Below are positions 25,741-37,130 of a DNA stretch of 64,000 nt, piece after piece. A program made the translations under genes and the position numbers. Where the stretch lies: NCBI GenBank assembly GCA_011109175.1, contig RDEW01000108.1, positions 13,214 through 77,213 of the forward strand, given 5' to 3'. Position 1 is the stretch's first letter. Every line of letters starts with the position of its first letter. Origin of the DNA: Dicyema japonicum (Eukaryota > Animalia > Dicyemida). The notes beneath the pieces are model-generated. The model worked only from the letters and a program-made list of their open reading frames with translations. It was not told the DNA's origin and made no database searches.

Positions 25741-26189
25741 TTAACATTCAACAGTAAAAACCCGTATAAGATATACATTCATAATCATTTCCTAATCATG
25801 GCTCTATTCCGAGCAACAACCTGATAAAAAGGGTTCATCTACGATTTATAAACCACCCCTTCTAACAACCTACGTACGTTAACTTGATTATGTAAAAGAT
25901 GCTCTTTGTTTTTTGCAACTTCTCAGAGTTGACAGCAAATTACTTTTTTGAATGTAGTACGCTGTTTGTCTACCATGCCTAAGTGACCGATCCATGGAGC
26001 AACCGTCATTTGCTGGTTTACTTATTAATTGCTGGTCTCCTATAGGTTAGTTGGTCGGGGTTACTTAACTAATTATAATCATAATATAACGCTACAAGGT
26101 CGCTGAGAGATAACCTGAACTGAACTAGAAAAAATAGAACAAGCAACTGCAAACCATCATTGGAGAGTAGTGGTCGAGTAAGACTCCAA

Positions 26190-26375
26190 TTAAAAGATTT
26201 ATTTCCTTCCACAAGGTCAGGAAATTGTCTAAGATACACACAAGAAAAAGGAAAAAAAGAAGTTCATTCCTTGGTTTTACGATTAGTTAAAATTAACTGT
26301 TTTTTACTTAAATAAAGTGTGTGTCCTGCTATGCGGAGCTATAAATACTATGGCTCTCGTGAAAAGGCTATTAAA
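26190..26375 (+). mobile_element. SINE family A body/tail
   Basis: CACACAAGAAAA..TTCCTTGGTT..CGATTAGTTAAAATTAACTG..AATAAAGTGTGTGTCCTGC. Confidence 0.8.
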
Positions 26376-26394
26376 AAACAAAAAAATAGTGACT

Positions 26395-26640
26395 CTGGCG
26401 AAATGGCAGATCTTTGGACATGTCCTATGAGCTTCGGAAATGGGACTAGCTAATCAGGCCATGGAATCATACTTGCCTATATTAAACAAAACAACGTATC
26501 AAGGTCGGCAAATAACTCATGTGCATAAAAAAGAAAGCTAAAATTGGGAGAGGATCTGAGGCCGGTTGCGAGAAACAAGGGAGGATGGAAACGACTCACA
26601 GCGCGTATCCTGAGATCCATGGAAGAAGTGGAATTTCAAA
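26395..26640 (+). mobile_element. RTE-clade 3' fragment
   Basis: KWQIFGHVL..ANQAMESY..GEDLRPVARNKGGWKRL. Confidence 0.65.
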
Positions 26641-27845
26641 TTAATTAACTTTTTCTGGTTCCGCGTTCATTGCTATTTATAACAATAGGTACAGTAAAAA
26701 CTCTCGAATCCGCCAAATTTGGGACATATGTGCGGAATTAGGGATAATCAATAGGAATAAAATTAATTATTTTTGAGGATTCTTTTATTTTCAAACAAGA
26801 CAATTAACATATTTTTCTTTACCTACATCAGTTTCGTCGACAATAAAATAATGTTCTCATTTGAAAATTGTTTCAATAATTTTAGAAACCATCCTTCAGT
26901 TAGAAGCTCTACAATATCACGGCGTCTGTTTTCCGAAGGAATAGGATGATCATATTTATATAAAAATTTACAGTTGCAGGATTTCGTAGCTTAAAATCGG
27001 TATTATTTTAGGATAAATTCTTGAGCTAGATCATTAGCAGAAACAATCAGGAGTAGAGTCATTTTTAATATAATTATGCAATTTATTGTTCGTATTTGAG
27101 TCTGCCTGTGTTTTTCTACAAACCATTGCTTCTTCAGAGATCGAATTCCCATCTTCAGATATGAGGCTACTCATAAGATTCTCAAAATGATCCACGAATT
27201 TATTAATGATCTTTTTGGATATAATTTATATATGGCGCCACAAGAGATGGTGAACCACATGACACTCGCTAACAATTCAAGCTCCCTGGGACCACATGCT
27301 TATGGGTAACGTGGGAGAATTTTATCAAGTTCTGTAGCATTTTACGCTAAAATTGATAGAATTGAAACTTCCCTATCTATCTTTATGGCAAATTCGGACA
27401 ATCGAATTCGTCACTGTTCCATATTAACGATACGTATCCACCTTCCTTCCACGCCAGATCTATCGTGAACGTCGGTTTTGGCTTTTACTTTCCTGACTGC
27501 CACAAATTTCCTTCGATAAGGAATTGTAGATAAATAAATGATCAGCATAGAGTCTATGAGTTATAACCGCATCAATGTGTCACATCTTAAAAAGGGGACA
27601 CTTTGTAAATCAACAAATAACCATTACAGTTTTATTAGAGATTAATGTGAGTAATCATTATTAAACAAGTAACTTTATTGTAACACAATCATACATCGTC
27701 ACCTGAATGGATCGAAGCCACACATGTGCCTTGTCGTACAAATCTCTAGAATCAGGAAATTAACTTAATTTTTTAAAGAACGGCTATGTTTATTAATATA
27801 GAAGAGATGTTATTACTTCTTTGGTTGTGGTGAGTCCCTGTAGAC

Positions 27846-29109
27846 CAGTGGTTCCCAACCTCTTCTTCCACATACAATAGGTTCGCGCGTTTTTTATCCT
27901 TTATATTTGTTAATGCAGAAAATCCACTTTCACAGAGATAAGTCGTTTAAAACTAAACCAAAACTCTTAAAACTGTTTGCCAGAATAGGATATTCTTTTT
28001 TTTACAATCAGCCAAAAAGAATCAATATCAATCTGTAAAATTTCATTTTTAACGTTCTGTCACTTGAAACAAACGCAAGTTCTTCTTCCTCTTTCAATGA
28101 TAGCTCGTTTCCAGTTATTTCGTAATCAGCGAAAGGATTCCTTCCAATCATAGAGTTGATATGGAAAATAAATATTCGTACATGAAGAAAACAATGCATA
28201 TGAATAATTTTCGGATTCTTATTTTTCGCAATAGAAACAAAGCCTTTAAGCCAGTCATTGCTGGAGACCATCATTGCAGAATACCACACATGATTCCAAT
28301 CCAACTTTATATCCTCAAAATATGAATTTATAAGATTGAAAATGTCATATCCCTTTGTTGTTTCGAGAAACTCTTGCAGCAAAAAATCTTCAACAATAGA
28401 TTCATCGTTCATATATCGAACGAAAACAAGGAGTTGCATTCTTCCTGTAATATCTGAACTTTCATCCACTTGAAGCGCCAAAAAACACAGATTTTTTATT
28501 CGCAATGTCATCAGACATATCCTTGATGTGCCTGCTCACAGAATTATTAGAAATAGGAATTAAGTCAAGCTCAGTGGCAACTATTTCTACGAACATTATC
28601 ATCACTACATCTTTGCATTTAGGCAAATAACAGTTTCGACGTGAATATGCAATTTCATATTTTTAGCTGGCAATCTCAGTAACAGCGTTACTAACATGCT
28701 GTGCTTTGTTTATTTTGAATTTTTTGTAAAACAGGATGCTTTAACTTTATTCTGGTCCAATTTCCGCATAAAATATTCTTTTTTTCTTTGAATGTTGCGG
28801 GTGTTTGGTTGAGAAATAACGTCTAAGTTTCGTTGGAGACATAGCACTTTTCGCAAGTTTTTCACGGCAAACAACACAAGGTAGTAGAGGGCAATTAATG
28901 TCCCCAGTCCATGTGAAACAAAAGGCAATATAACTTTCTCGATACGACCGAACTTTAAGATATGCACTGTCACAAGACTCCATTTAGACACGCGCAAATA
29001 AAAATTAATTCGTTTTGAAAAATTATTCTTTTAAAAAAAAATGAAAAATTTTTTGGAACTTCGCGGAACCCCTAGATTATTTCGCGGGAACCCAGGTTGG
29101 AAACCTCTG
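27846..29109 (-). mobile_element. hAT DNA transposon, Buster type (ZBED5-like transposase), internally deleted
   Basis: TIRs CAGTGGTTCCCAACCT / AGGTTGGAAACCTCTG; TSD CTGTAGAC at 27838-27845 and 29110-29117; BED finger CVVC..STKHP, ALQVDESSD..QLLVFVRY, HCFLH, CESGFS. Confidence 0.93.
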
Positions 29110-29382
29110 CTGTAGACAATCAGGCACAGCAGTGAGGTATCACTAGATAAAGACGTTTCTCATCTATTAGGGACCATCGTAGATGCATGTAACTTTTAGC
29201 CGGAATAGATAACTGTAAGATTTGAAACGAAAAGCATCTGAGCACTTATGACAATGCGAAAATATAACAAAAAATAAAAAATTTCAAAAGAAAAACCACA
29301 ATATTAATAAACGTTACATAAAATTTAAATTTTACTTATTAAATAATTAACAAAATTAAAAATCATTGTATACAAATGACAT

Positions 29383-29800
29383 TGGTTAAGGTGGTGACGA
29401 CGCCTTTATTGCACTATGCCTTATTCGTATTCCTTACCGACTTCTCCGTTCACTCTGGGATCTTTCAATTGCAGAGGACTTAAACAACCTTACAAGAAAC
29501 ACCAACTGTATGTGATCTAACCAAATACGACTGTGCTCTGTCTGTCTACAAGAGACAAAAACGACCGTACAATTTACAGAACTGTTTAGAAAATTCCACA
29601 TTTTTACCCTATCATCGGCCTGCCGACATTATGGTCTCGCAGTCCATCAGGACCTGATTCACTGTGCGTACAAGAGGTGTGGGGATCATCTAATATTATA
29701 ATGGAAATGCGGACTACCTAAGAGTTCTAGTGCGCAACGGAGGATCATGGTCGGCTGACAGAGAGGATGATTAGGGAATACGGCACAAGGAAACTTAACT
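29383..29800 (+). mobile_element. SINE-like family C (non-coding, RTE-type tail)
   Basis: Second copy at 58792-60205 (minus); 3' end AATACGGCACAA shared with RTE at about 30632. Confidence 0.8.
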
Positions 29801-29849
29801 AATTTTATGTTTTCTCAGGAGTGCTTTTTAATAATAATAATAATACAAA

Positions 29850-30655
29850 TGACATATCTTTTGTGACATATTGGGATCGGCACTTAGAGACTTCAGACCA
29901 TTAATTGGCGACTTACCTCAAACTGAAGTGATTCATGTAGATGATATCGACTATATTTCCAGCGACGAGAAATCATTAAACTATATACGGACAAGGATGC
30001 CATATGTGCTAGAAAATGGTTCATCAAAATCAATACGGAAAAGACGGAGATAACAACCATGCGCCGTGAATTAACCCGAACTGATGAAAAAATGGAGACA
30101 CTAAAAAAAATTGGGGTCGTTGCTCGGAGACGGTGAGGATATCACTAACAGGAAAATATTGGTCGTCGCGGCCTTTAGAAAAATGGGAGTAGTCTGGAAT
30201 CATAGTAAACAAATTAGCACACAATTACATGTAAGACTATACAATACCTTTGTGAAACTGGTCCTATTGTACAACGCTGCAACCTGGGGAGTCACAAGCG
30301 GTAATGGACAAACTAGATGCATTTTATCGTAAACAACTCCGACTGTTGCTTGACATCAACTGGCCAAAAAAAATTACAAACAAGAATCTATACAAAATAT
30401 GTATTGCAAGATCATTGAGTCTGGTTATCCTTGAATCAAGATAGCGTCTATTTGGTCACATCCTTCGGATGAGCCCGATGACCTTGCATAATTTTGCCAG
30501 AGGTTCTACACAAGGACCTGACCAATGTAAGACAAAAGTTGAAAACAGGAGACGATCTGGATACGCTTAGAATAATTGTCAGTTACCGTGGAGCATGGTG
30601 GAAGTTAGCTAAGAGAATTGTGGGAGAAGAAAAATACGGCACAAACAAAACCTTA
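29850..30655 (+). mobile_element. RTE-clade LINE 3' half
   Basis: HVDDIDY, LGSLLGDGEDI, RLYNTFVKLVLLYNAATWG, RLFGHILR. Confidence 0.88.
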
Positions 30656-30772
30656 ATTAAAGAATTTTTTTAACAAATTAAACAAATGTCAGTTGAGGAA
30701 GCCTGCTGCCTTAATTAAATAAATTAATTTTTTGATTCTTCGAAAGTGCTATTAATAATAATAATATTACAA

Positions 30773-31604
30773 ATGACACGAGAAATTGGATTATATGAGA
30801 GAATAGTTGCATCAACGACTGGTTCACTGATTACAGGCATATTTATGAATCCACTGGACGTCCTCAAAGTTAGGATACAAATGCATGGCTGTGTGGCCAG
30901 CATAAGTGGAGTGAGCAGCCTTTGGCGAGGACTGGGGGCAACATGTAGTGGCTAACAAAATATTTAGTTCATTCTCAATCCCCAACAATGTAATATACTT
31001 TTCTTCGTACGAACACATTAAAACTGTTTGGGGGATGACTTATTCAAGCCAATGATAGCTGGGGGACTAGCCAGATGTATTAATTTGTTTGTTATCCTAG
31101 TCATTACTGTCACCAGTCTCAGTCCCATTGATCTCATCCGTACCTCTCTTTAGTCTGGTAAATACGGATACAACGATCTTTGCGTGAAAGCCTCTTCTCA
31201 GGGACTCAGACTCCTCTGGAGGGGTTGTTTCCCCTCTCTTTTGAGGGATGTACCCTTTTCTGGTTTAATTCTTATGTTATTAAGTCATGTATTGGCCTTT
31301 AAATGAGGAATTCAAGTCTCACCATCTTACTCCGTTTGTCTGTGGACTCATTTCTGGATTAATTTCGACTGTCCTCACTATGCCTTTGATGTCCTCAAAC
31401 ACGAAAGCTAATTTAACTAATCCTAATTTGTGTCTATCCCACATTATTAAAACCACGTTGACTAATGATAGTCCACTAGCTCTGTTTCGTGTAGTATTAC
31501 TATTGTATTGTAGGACTCACTCCCGTTTGTGTAAAGTTGTTCCCTCCTGTGATATCATGATCACCTCTTGTGAATATTTTAAGAACTATTATGCTCTTTT
31601 GTGA
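30773..31604 (+). pseudogene. Mitochondrial carrier SLC25A39/40 family gene, full span but frameshifted with an internal TAG
   Basis: NPLDVLKVRIQ, SLWRGLGAT, PNNVIYFSSYE, AGGLAR, SPIDLIRT, LRDVPFS/MYW, PFDVLKT, KVVPSCDIMI; introns 30945-30967, 31077-31100, 31263-31284, 31491-31513. Confidence 0.9.
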
Positions 31605-32299
31605 CAGTTTTTTATATTTACTCTTGTCTTTATATTACACAGATTTTTTCCAAATAAGAATTTATCAGCCCCTTAGAATCAACCTGATCTATGTGAACGA
31701 AAGCATGGCGCCACAAAGTAGCAACTAGCATCAAGTCAGACTTTTGGAGAAGTTGGTGAAGTCAGGGTTATTTAACTGAGTCACTATCACCCTCTTTGAT
31801 ATGACTTGCTAAGTTTCTAGCAGCTATTTAGTTGTGGCTCTGATGAAACTCAAAGGGTTTTGGTCCTCCAGTGGCAAGAATTTTTATTATTTTTCATGTT
31901 TTTTATCTTCCCTTGTTCTGCTAGATTGGCGTTTTTTTATCAAGCGCCTGCTCAGTGCTAGGGTGGGACGAAAAGAATTAATTCCTTCTCCCACTCCATT
32001 AGAGGGTTGGATGTTTTCTTCTCTTCCCACTGGTTGTGGATAGACTTACAGTGGGACAAATATGTCATGGCAACCCTACATAAATTCAAAATTTTAATTT
32101 TTATAACAAAATATAAATATTTCAACATAATTTAAAAATATCTAAATTTAAATAACTGTTCTCTATAAAAGTTTATTATTGTTTAGTTGATTCATTATTT
32201 TTATCGATGCGAATCTCAATTTCAAATTTGATTTTTTTAGTGGAAAAAAGTCATGGCAACATTTTGTATTGTACAAGAACATAAATAATAAATGTGACT

Positions 32300-34076
32300 G
32301 GTTGAATACGAGCCGTTAAACGAGCCGTTAAAGCCGTTAGAAATCAATAATTTTTTAATGAAAATAAATCAATAAATTAATTCCTATCTTTATAATGATT
32401 AGTAATTTTAATAATTTAAATAAAAGGAGAAAGGTTCAATAAATTTAATTGAATTTAAGGCTGTCGAGTTTTCCAATCTAGCGGAGATGCTAAGAAAGAG
32501 GTTGTGGATGAACGATTTAACGGTTTTCAATATTGGCGACAGAATTGTTAGAAGAGTACGCACTGACACAAATATAAAAACTTGTAGAGGTGCTCTGAAT
32601 GAGCATATGGACATCAATATTTATTACGTTACTCAAACTATAGACCGATCAGCCTCATTTGCTCTATATCCAAGATTGCTGAGCGAATTATCTTCAAGAT
32701 GCTGAACTAGCACATAGAAGAGAGTGGATTCCTCCTTCGCGGAACAATGGGGCTTCAGACCTGGAAAATCCTGTACGGACTGCATCTACCAGATGCACTC
32801 AACGGTATTGAAAGGTCTGGAATTAAAGAGACAAGTCAACCTAGTATGTCTGGATCTGTCTAAAGCCTTTGATATCGTGTGGCATGAAGCCCTCTTATCA
32901 AGGCTGCGAATATCCATAAGAAACACTTCATATAAATAATGAACTTTTTAACGAAACGAACTTCCCGAATACGTGTCGGACCATATATGTCAAAAGATAT
33001 TGCATTGAAGAGGGGAGTTCCACAGGGATCTATCTTGAGCCCGCTGTTATTCAATACATTTTTGTCAGACTTCCCAGTTCCACCAGATATGAACACCAAG
33101 ATGTTGATATACGCGGATGACATTCTAATCATGGATACTTTGGAAAATCTACTTCATCGGAAAATAGAATCAGGCTATTTGTTGATCAAGTTCAGGATTG
33201 GTGTTCCAAGAGACGGATGACACTCTCTACCGAGAAATCGAGCCATATGAGAGTCAGTCGCCTCCTGAGGCATCGTGTACAGCCTTATTCACTTGGCATC
33301 CCAAAAGTGAATTCACTTCGCTGCCTCAGGATAGTCATCGATGGAGAAAATTCCTTCATGGAAGATATCAGACGAAGAAGGAAGAAAGCGCTACAAGCGC
33401 TTTTCTGTACAAGGAAGCTATCCGTAAGCTTGGAAATCTTGTTTATCTTCATGAGGATTATTCCTACCAGAGCTACTATACGGGTGTGAAACGTGGTTTT
33501 TTTCTCGCCAAAAAGATAAAATAATGTTACTCATGGAAAAGTCGAGAAGGTCAGAAATAAAGTTGGCCTTGGGGAAAAAGCTGTTTGATGTCCTAAGCAC
33601 GGAAGAAGACAAGATTCTTGCACCAGTGAAAAATATTATGGTGAAGAAGATCAAGGGGATCCGATGCTAAGAAGAAATTAAAATTGAGATGAGGTGCATC
33701 GGAAGAATCCAGGCCGCATAGGCGGACTCGTTAAAAATTTCCAAACTAACTCCTAATTTCTGTTGAATAAAGTGTTTCCGTTTCCCGCTTGTTTTGCTGT
33801 CCGAGCGGCAGTAATATAATGGTTTGTTAAGTTCCGATACTTAATGGGTCGATTTAACAGTCTCAACCGGTAATCGTTACTTTCGGTACGGTTAAACGAT
33901 TTTAACGGCAATATCGATTTTACGGATCGTACTCAACCTGGAGTCGTTTTTAAACGGTGACAATTTTAATAAAAATTTCTCACAAATTTTTATTTTCTTA
34001 ACCGCTTACATCGATAGAATAGTAATAGATTTTTGCCCACGCTCGAATATCGATTTTTAACGGCTCGTATTCAACC
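32300..34076. mobile_element. TIR-bounded DNA element (possibly PIF/Harbinger-like) carrying a LINE insertion
   Basis: Perfect 21-bp inverted repeats GGTTGAATACGAGCCGTTAAA at 32300-32320 and 34056-34076; subterminal CCGTTA/TAACGG repeats; weak CRGALN motif; no TSD seen. Confidence 0.65.
32690..33815 (+). mobile_element. gag-LINE family ORF2 (RT to 3' end)
   Basis: EQWGFRPGKSC, LDLSKAFDIVWH, GVPQGSILSPLLFN, IYADDI, ALFCTRK. Confidence 0.9.
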
Positions 34077-34109
34077 GTATCTCATTCTGAACCGGTCACA
34101 ATAATAATT

Positions 34110-34419
34110 TATTTATTAACCCCGGATACACCGAGAAAGAAGTTAAAGTAAACAACTAATTAAGTTATCCAGTTTCCACTTCTACAGAGTCCATCCGGAA
34201 TCACATAAAAGGTAAGACGTCCATTACATGCAGTTGTGGAAACCCCTCCAGTAGAGTGGGGAGAGCAAATGATCCCTTTTCGTGCCGGCCTGGCACTGGG
34301 CGTCACCTAGACAGGTGGATTACATGACGCCACTCTATTAGGAAGAGAGAGGAGGTACAGACAAGCAAGCAGAAAACTTAACCAATTAACCACGCAGCAC
34401 CACATTGCGCCACGCGGCT
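34110..34419 (-). mobile_element. SINE-like family B, full length, alternative-tail subtype
   Basis: 5' hairpin 34387-34418, core 34271-34331, tail CTCGGTGTATCCGGGG like LINE end at about 41800. Confidence 0.8.
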
Positions 34420-34444
34420 CTTGATCAAATACTCAAATAATTAA

Positions 34445-34774
34445 TTATTAAGCACTCCGCGTTGCCATAAGCACGTAAGATGGGTTTCGCTCGTGCAGAA
34501 CACACACTTTATTTAAGTAAAGAACAGTTATTGTAACTAATCGTAGAGAGAGAACCAAGGAATGTTCTTTACTTATTTGTTTTTTCTTTTTCTTGTGTGC
34601 ATGTTCTTTTGACAATCCAGTTCCGCAGTGAATCTCCACTGACAACGACGTCACTCGTCAAGCCCTTTCCGCATCGTAGATGAGTGGAACCTTCCACCAG
34701 GTGAATAGCAGCGAGTTTCAAACCCGTGACCTAAGCCACTTTAGCCCGACATCTAACCACTATGCCACCCGGTA
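34445..34774 (-). mobile_element. tRNA-derived SINE family A, full length
   Basis: A box TGGCATAGTGG and B-box-like GGTTTGAAACT in the head; body and tail shared with at least 5 other copies. Confidence 0.85.
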
Positions 34775-34859
34775 CTGGAATATATAGATGGCAAAGGATA
34801 TAGAAAGCTTTTTAAAACTTTTATTATTCCAATTAATAAATTTTATTGAAAAAAGAAAA

Positions 34860-35372
34860 TAGAGTAAACGGTATATAGAAGCTGCCCTGACTGCGTGGCT
34901 ATTCCTTCTCAGGATAGCGAGCAAAATTCGCTAAAAATAACCAGCAGTCCTCACGAGAATCTCCTTTTCGTGTAGCGATCCGATTCCCTAGACGACTCAA
35001 GAATTCAAGCGACGCAGGTGGAAGGGAACTAGACGTCTCAACGGCGAGTGGAACAAACAAAAAATCATTGGTAGGACCGTGTACCTCCAGAGGCACTCTG
35101 GAGTAGGTTGCAAGAAGCAAATGTGTCGGTGCAGGTAACGTCCCAGACAAGAAGTTTCCCGGCTTCAATAGGGAAGATTGTCATCCCATCTGGTCGTTTC
35201 CTGTCCCGCCTGCAAAGACCGACAGGTTCGAGCATGGAGATGGTCCGGCGGCGTCCAAAGCTCGCCTAACGACTTCGTTCAAGGCCATGTGTCTGAGAAA
35301 TCTGCCTGTCTGGAATGATGCGGAGACAAGATCAACTGTTTTGGCCTACACCCTCTCTCCTGTAGGAAGAGT
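34860..35372 (-). mobile_element. CRE-type RLE element 3' end
   Basis: RHMALNEVVRRAL..EPVGLCRRDRKRPDGMTIFP..WDVTC, VPLAVETS. Confidence 0.85.
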
Positions 35373-36189
35373 GCAGGCAGATTTCCAATCAATTAGAAAT
35401 ATTATTAGGAGATATAATCGATTTGCTACCACCATTATTCCACACAGGTCAGAGCACCAACAAAAATTACAAGACGTTCTCGATCTGTACTCGTTGAAAA
35501 AGCTACCAAACATTTTCAGACATGAAAAGAATTGTATGAAGATTTAACAATGTTAGACACGAGTGTATCGAATAACAAACACGTTTTACAAAAAAATGGA
35601 ATATATAATAAAAGACTTTATGGGCAGGAGGTATCATGATTTGTAGGAGTTTTTGTTCTTCAGGAATAGAATTACCTAACGTTACCATGACTTTTTCCAC
35701 AATAAAATTCATTTAGAATATTTGAATAGTTAAAAATCAAAAACAAAGATGAATCTCAGCTAATTTTTTTGTAGAAAGATAATAATAATCACATTTTACG
35801 TAGCCATGACTTATTTGCCTTACCGTATATGTGATATTGAAAGACTCTTAGTTTGTTTGAATAGCTGTTTATTATAACCTTCTTCTCAGTGTATCTGAGA
35901 TTGATAAATTAAATTAATTGATTAAAACTGTTCTTTGAAGTATTCTGCGGGACAATTCCTTCTATTTTGCCATAAAGAACAACTTGCTTACGGAGATATG
36001 GCCTATTAGGTATCAACGACAGAATTGTTGTTTCATTCAAAATAATCTGTAATTACATTATGCGAGACACAGTGATTGATTGAGAAAAATACTGGGGAAA
36101 TTATTTATTATCATGTAAAGACACTGTAGGGGAAATTGTTTTTTCCTGAACCCAAAAAGACAAAAACTAAATGATTAGTCTATAGGACG

Positions 36190-37130
36190 AAATCCGATAG
36201 TCAATATAAAGACTATACAACCAAGCAGTCTCCTTCATTAATCAATGACTGACCAACGTGGATATATTCACTCACATAATATAAAGAAAATACGATCTGG
36301 ACAGCTTACAGTCTCATAAAACCTAATTCCTACTATCGGAAACACCTGAAAAAAGTCGACTTGTCAAGATTATAGCAAACAATCTCCCATGGAACCAGTC
36401 AAAAAGAAACAAAACTAAAAGAATTTCCAAGTAGGGCCAATGACTTGATGAGGTTTTACTTTTCTGTTAGCCACCTCAAGATGATCTCCCTTTCCCGCAT
36501 TTACAAAAAACTGAAAGTCAAGGAGTTCCCATTTTATCAAATCGATGGAACCAAACTCATGGATCTTATCAAAAACTCGCGAAACTCTCCTGCGAAAAGA
36601 CTTGTTGGCTTTAGTATCTTTCATTTGAAGAACCTCTGTTCAAACGAAAGGCCTTATTAAAATATTAGATAAATTCATATCACATTCCAACTTTATGGAA
36701 AAAATCGGAGATTATCACAATCCTAAAGTTTAACAAGAGTCCAGTATCTTCAATCATCAGTATTGCTTAAGCCTGCGGATAAATGTGCCTATACATCCGT
36801 AATTCATGGTTTCAAACGAGATTCCACAAAGTTCTATTCTCTCCCCTAGCTTTTTCAGCCTTTATTTGAGTAGCATTCAGATTTGACAAAATTCAATTGG
36901 CCTTACATATGCCGATTACATTGTCATCGTTGCCGAAGACACAGACATTCAGAGAACTACTAAACATTTGCAGCATCACCTAGACCTTATGAGTGAATGG
37001 ATGGACTCCAACTAGATGTCTCCTGTCTCTACGAAATCATTTGTCTCCATTTTCCCACAGAACTCGAGTATAAATCAGAATCATTCTCAATTTTCAGTAA
37101 ACGATAACATAATTCACTTCTCTTCTATCT
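36190..37130 (+). mobile_element. Degraded GIT-type LINE
   Basis: IPTLWKKSEIITILK, SILSPSFFSLYL, TYADYIV. Confidence 0.6.

Noticed and set aside
31151-31153. In-frame TAG at a conserved Gln (IRTSL*S vs IRTKMQS), suggesting stop-codon reassignment
   Set aside because: Single clear case in a gene with other lesions; one C-to-T change explains it; other Gln codons are CAA/CAG
34700-34774. tRNA gene
   Set aside because: No complete cloverleaf or acceptor stem; continuous with a repeated SINE body
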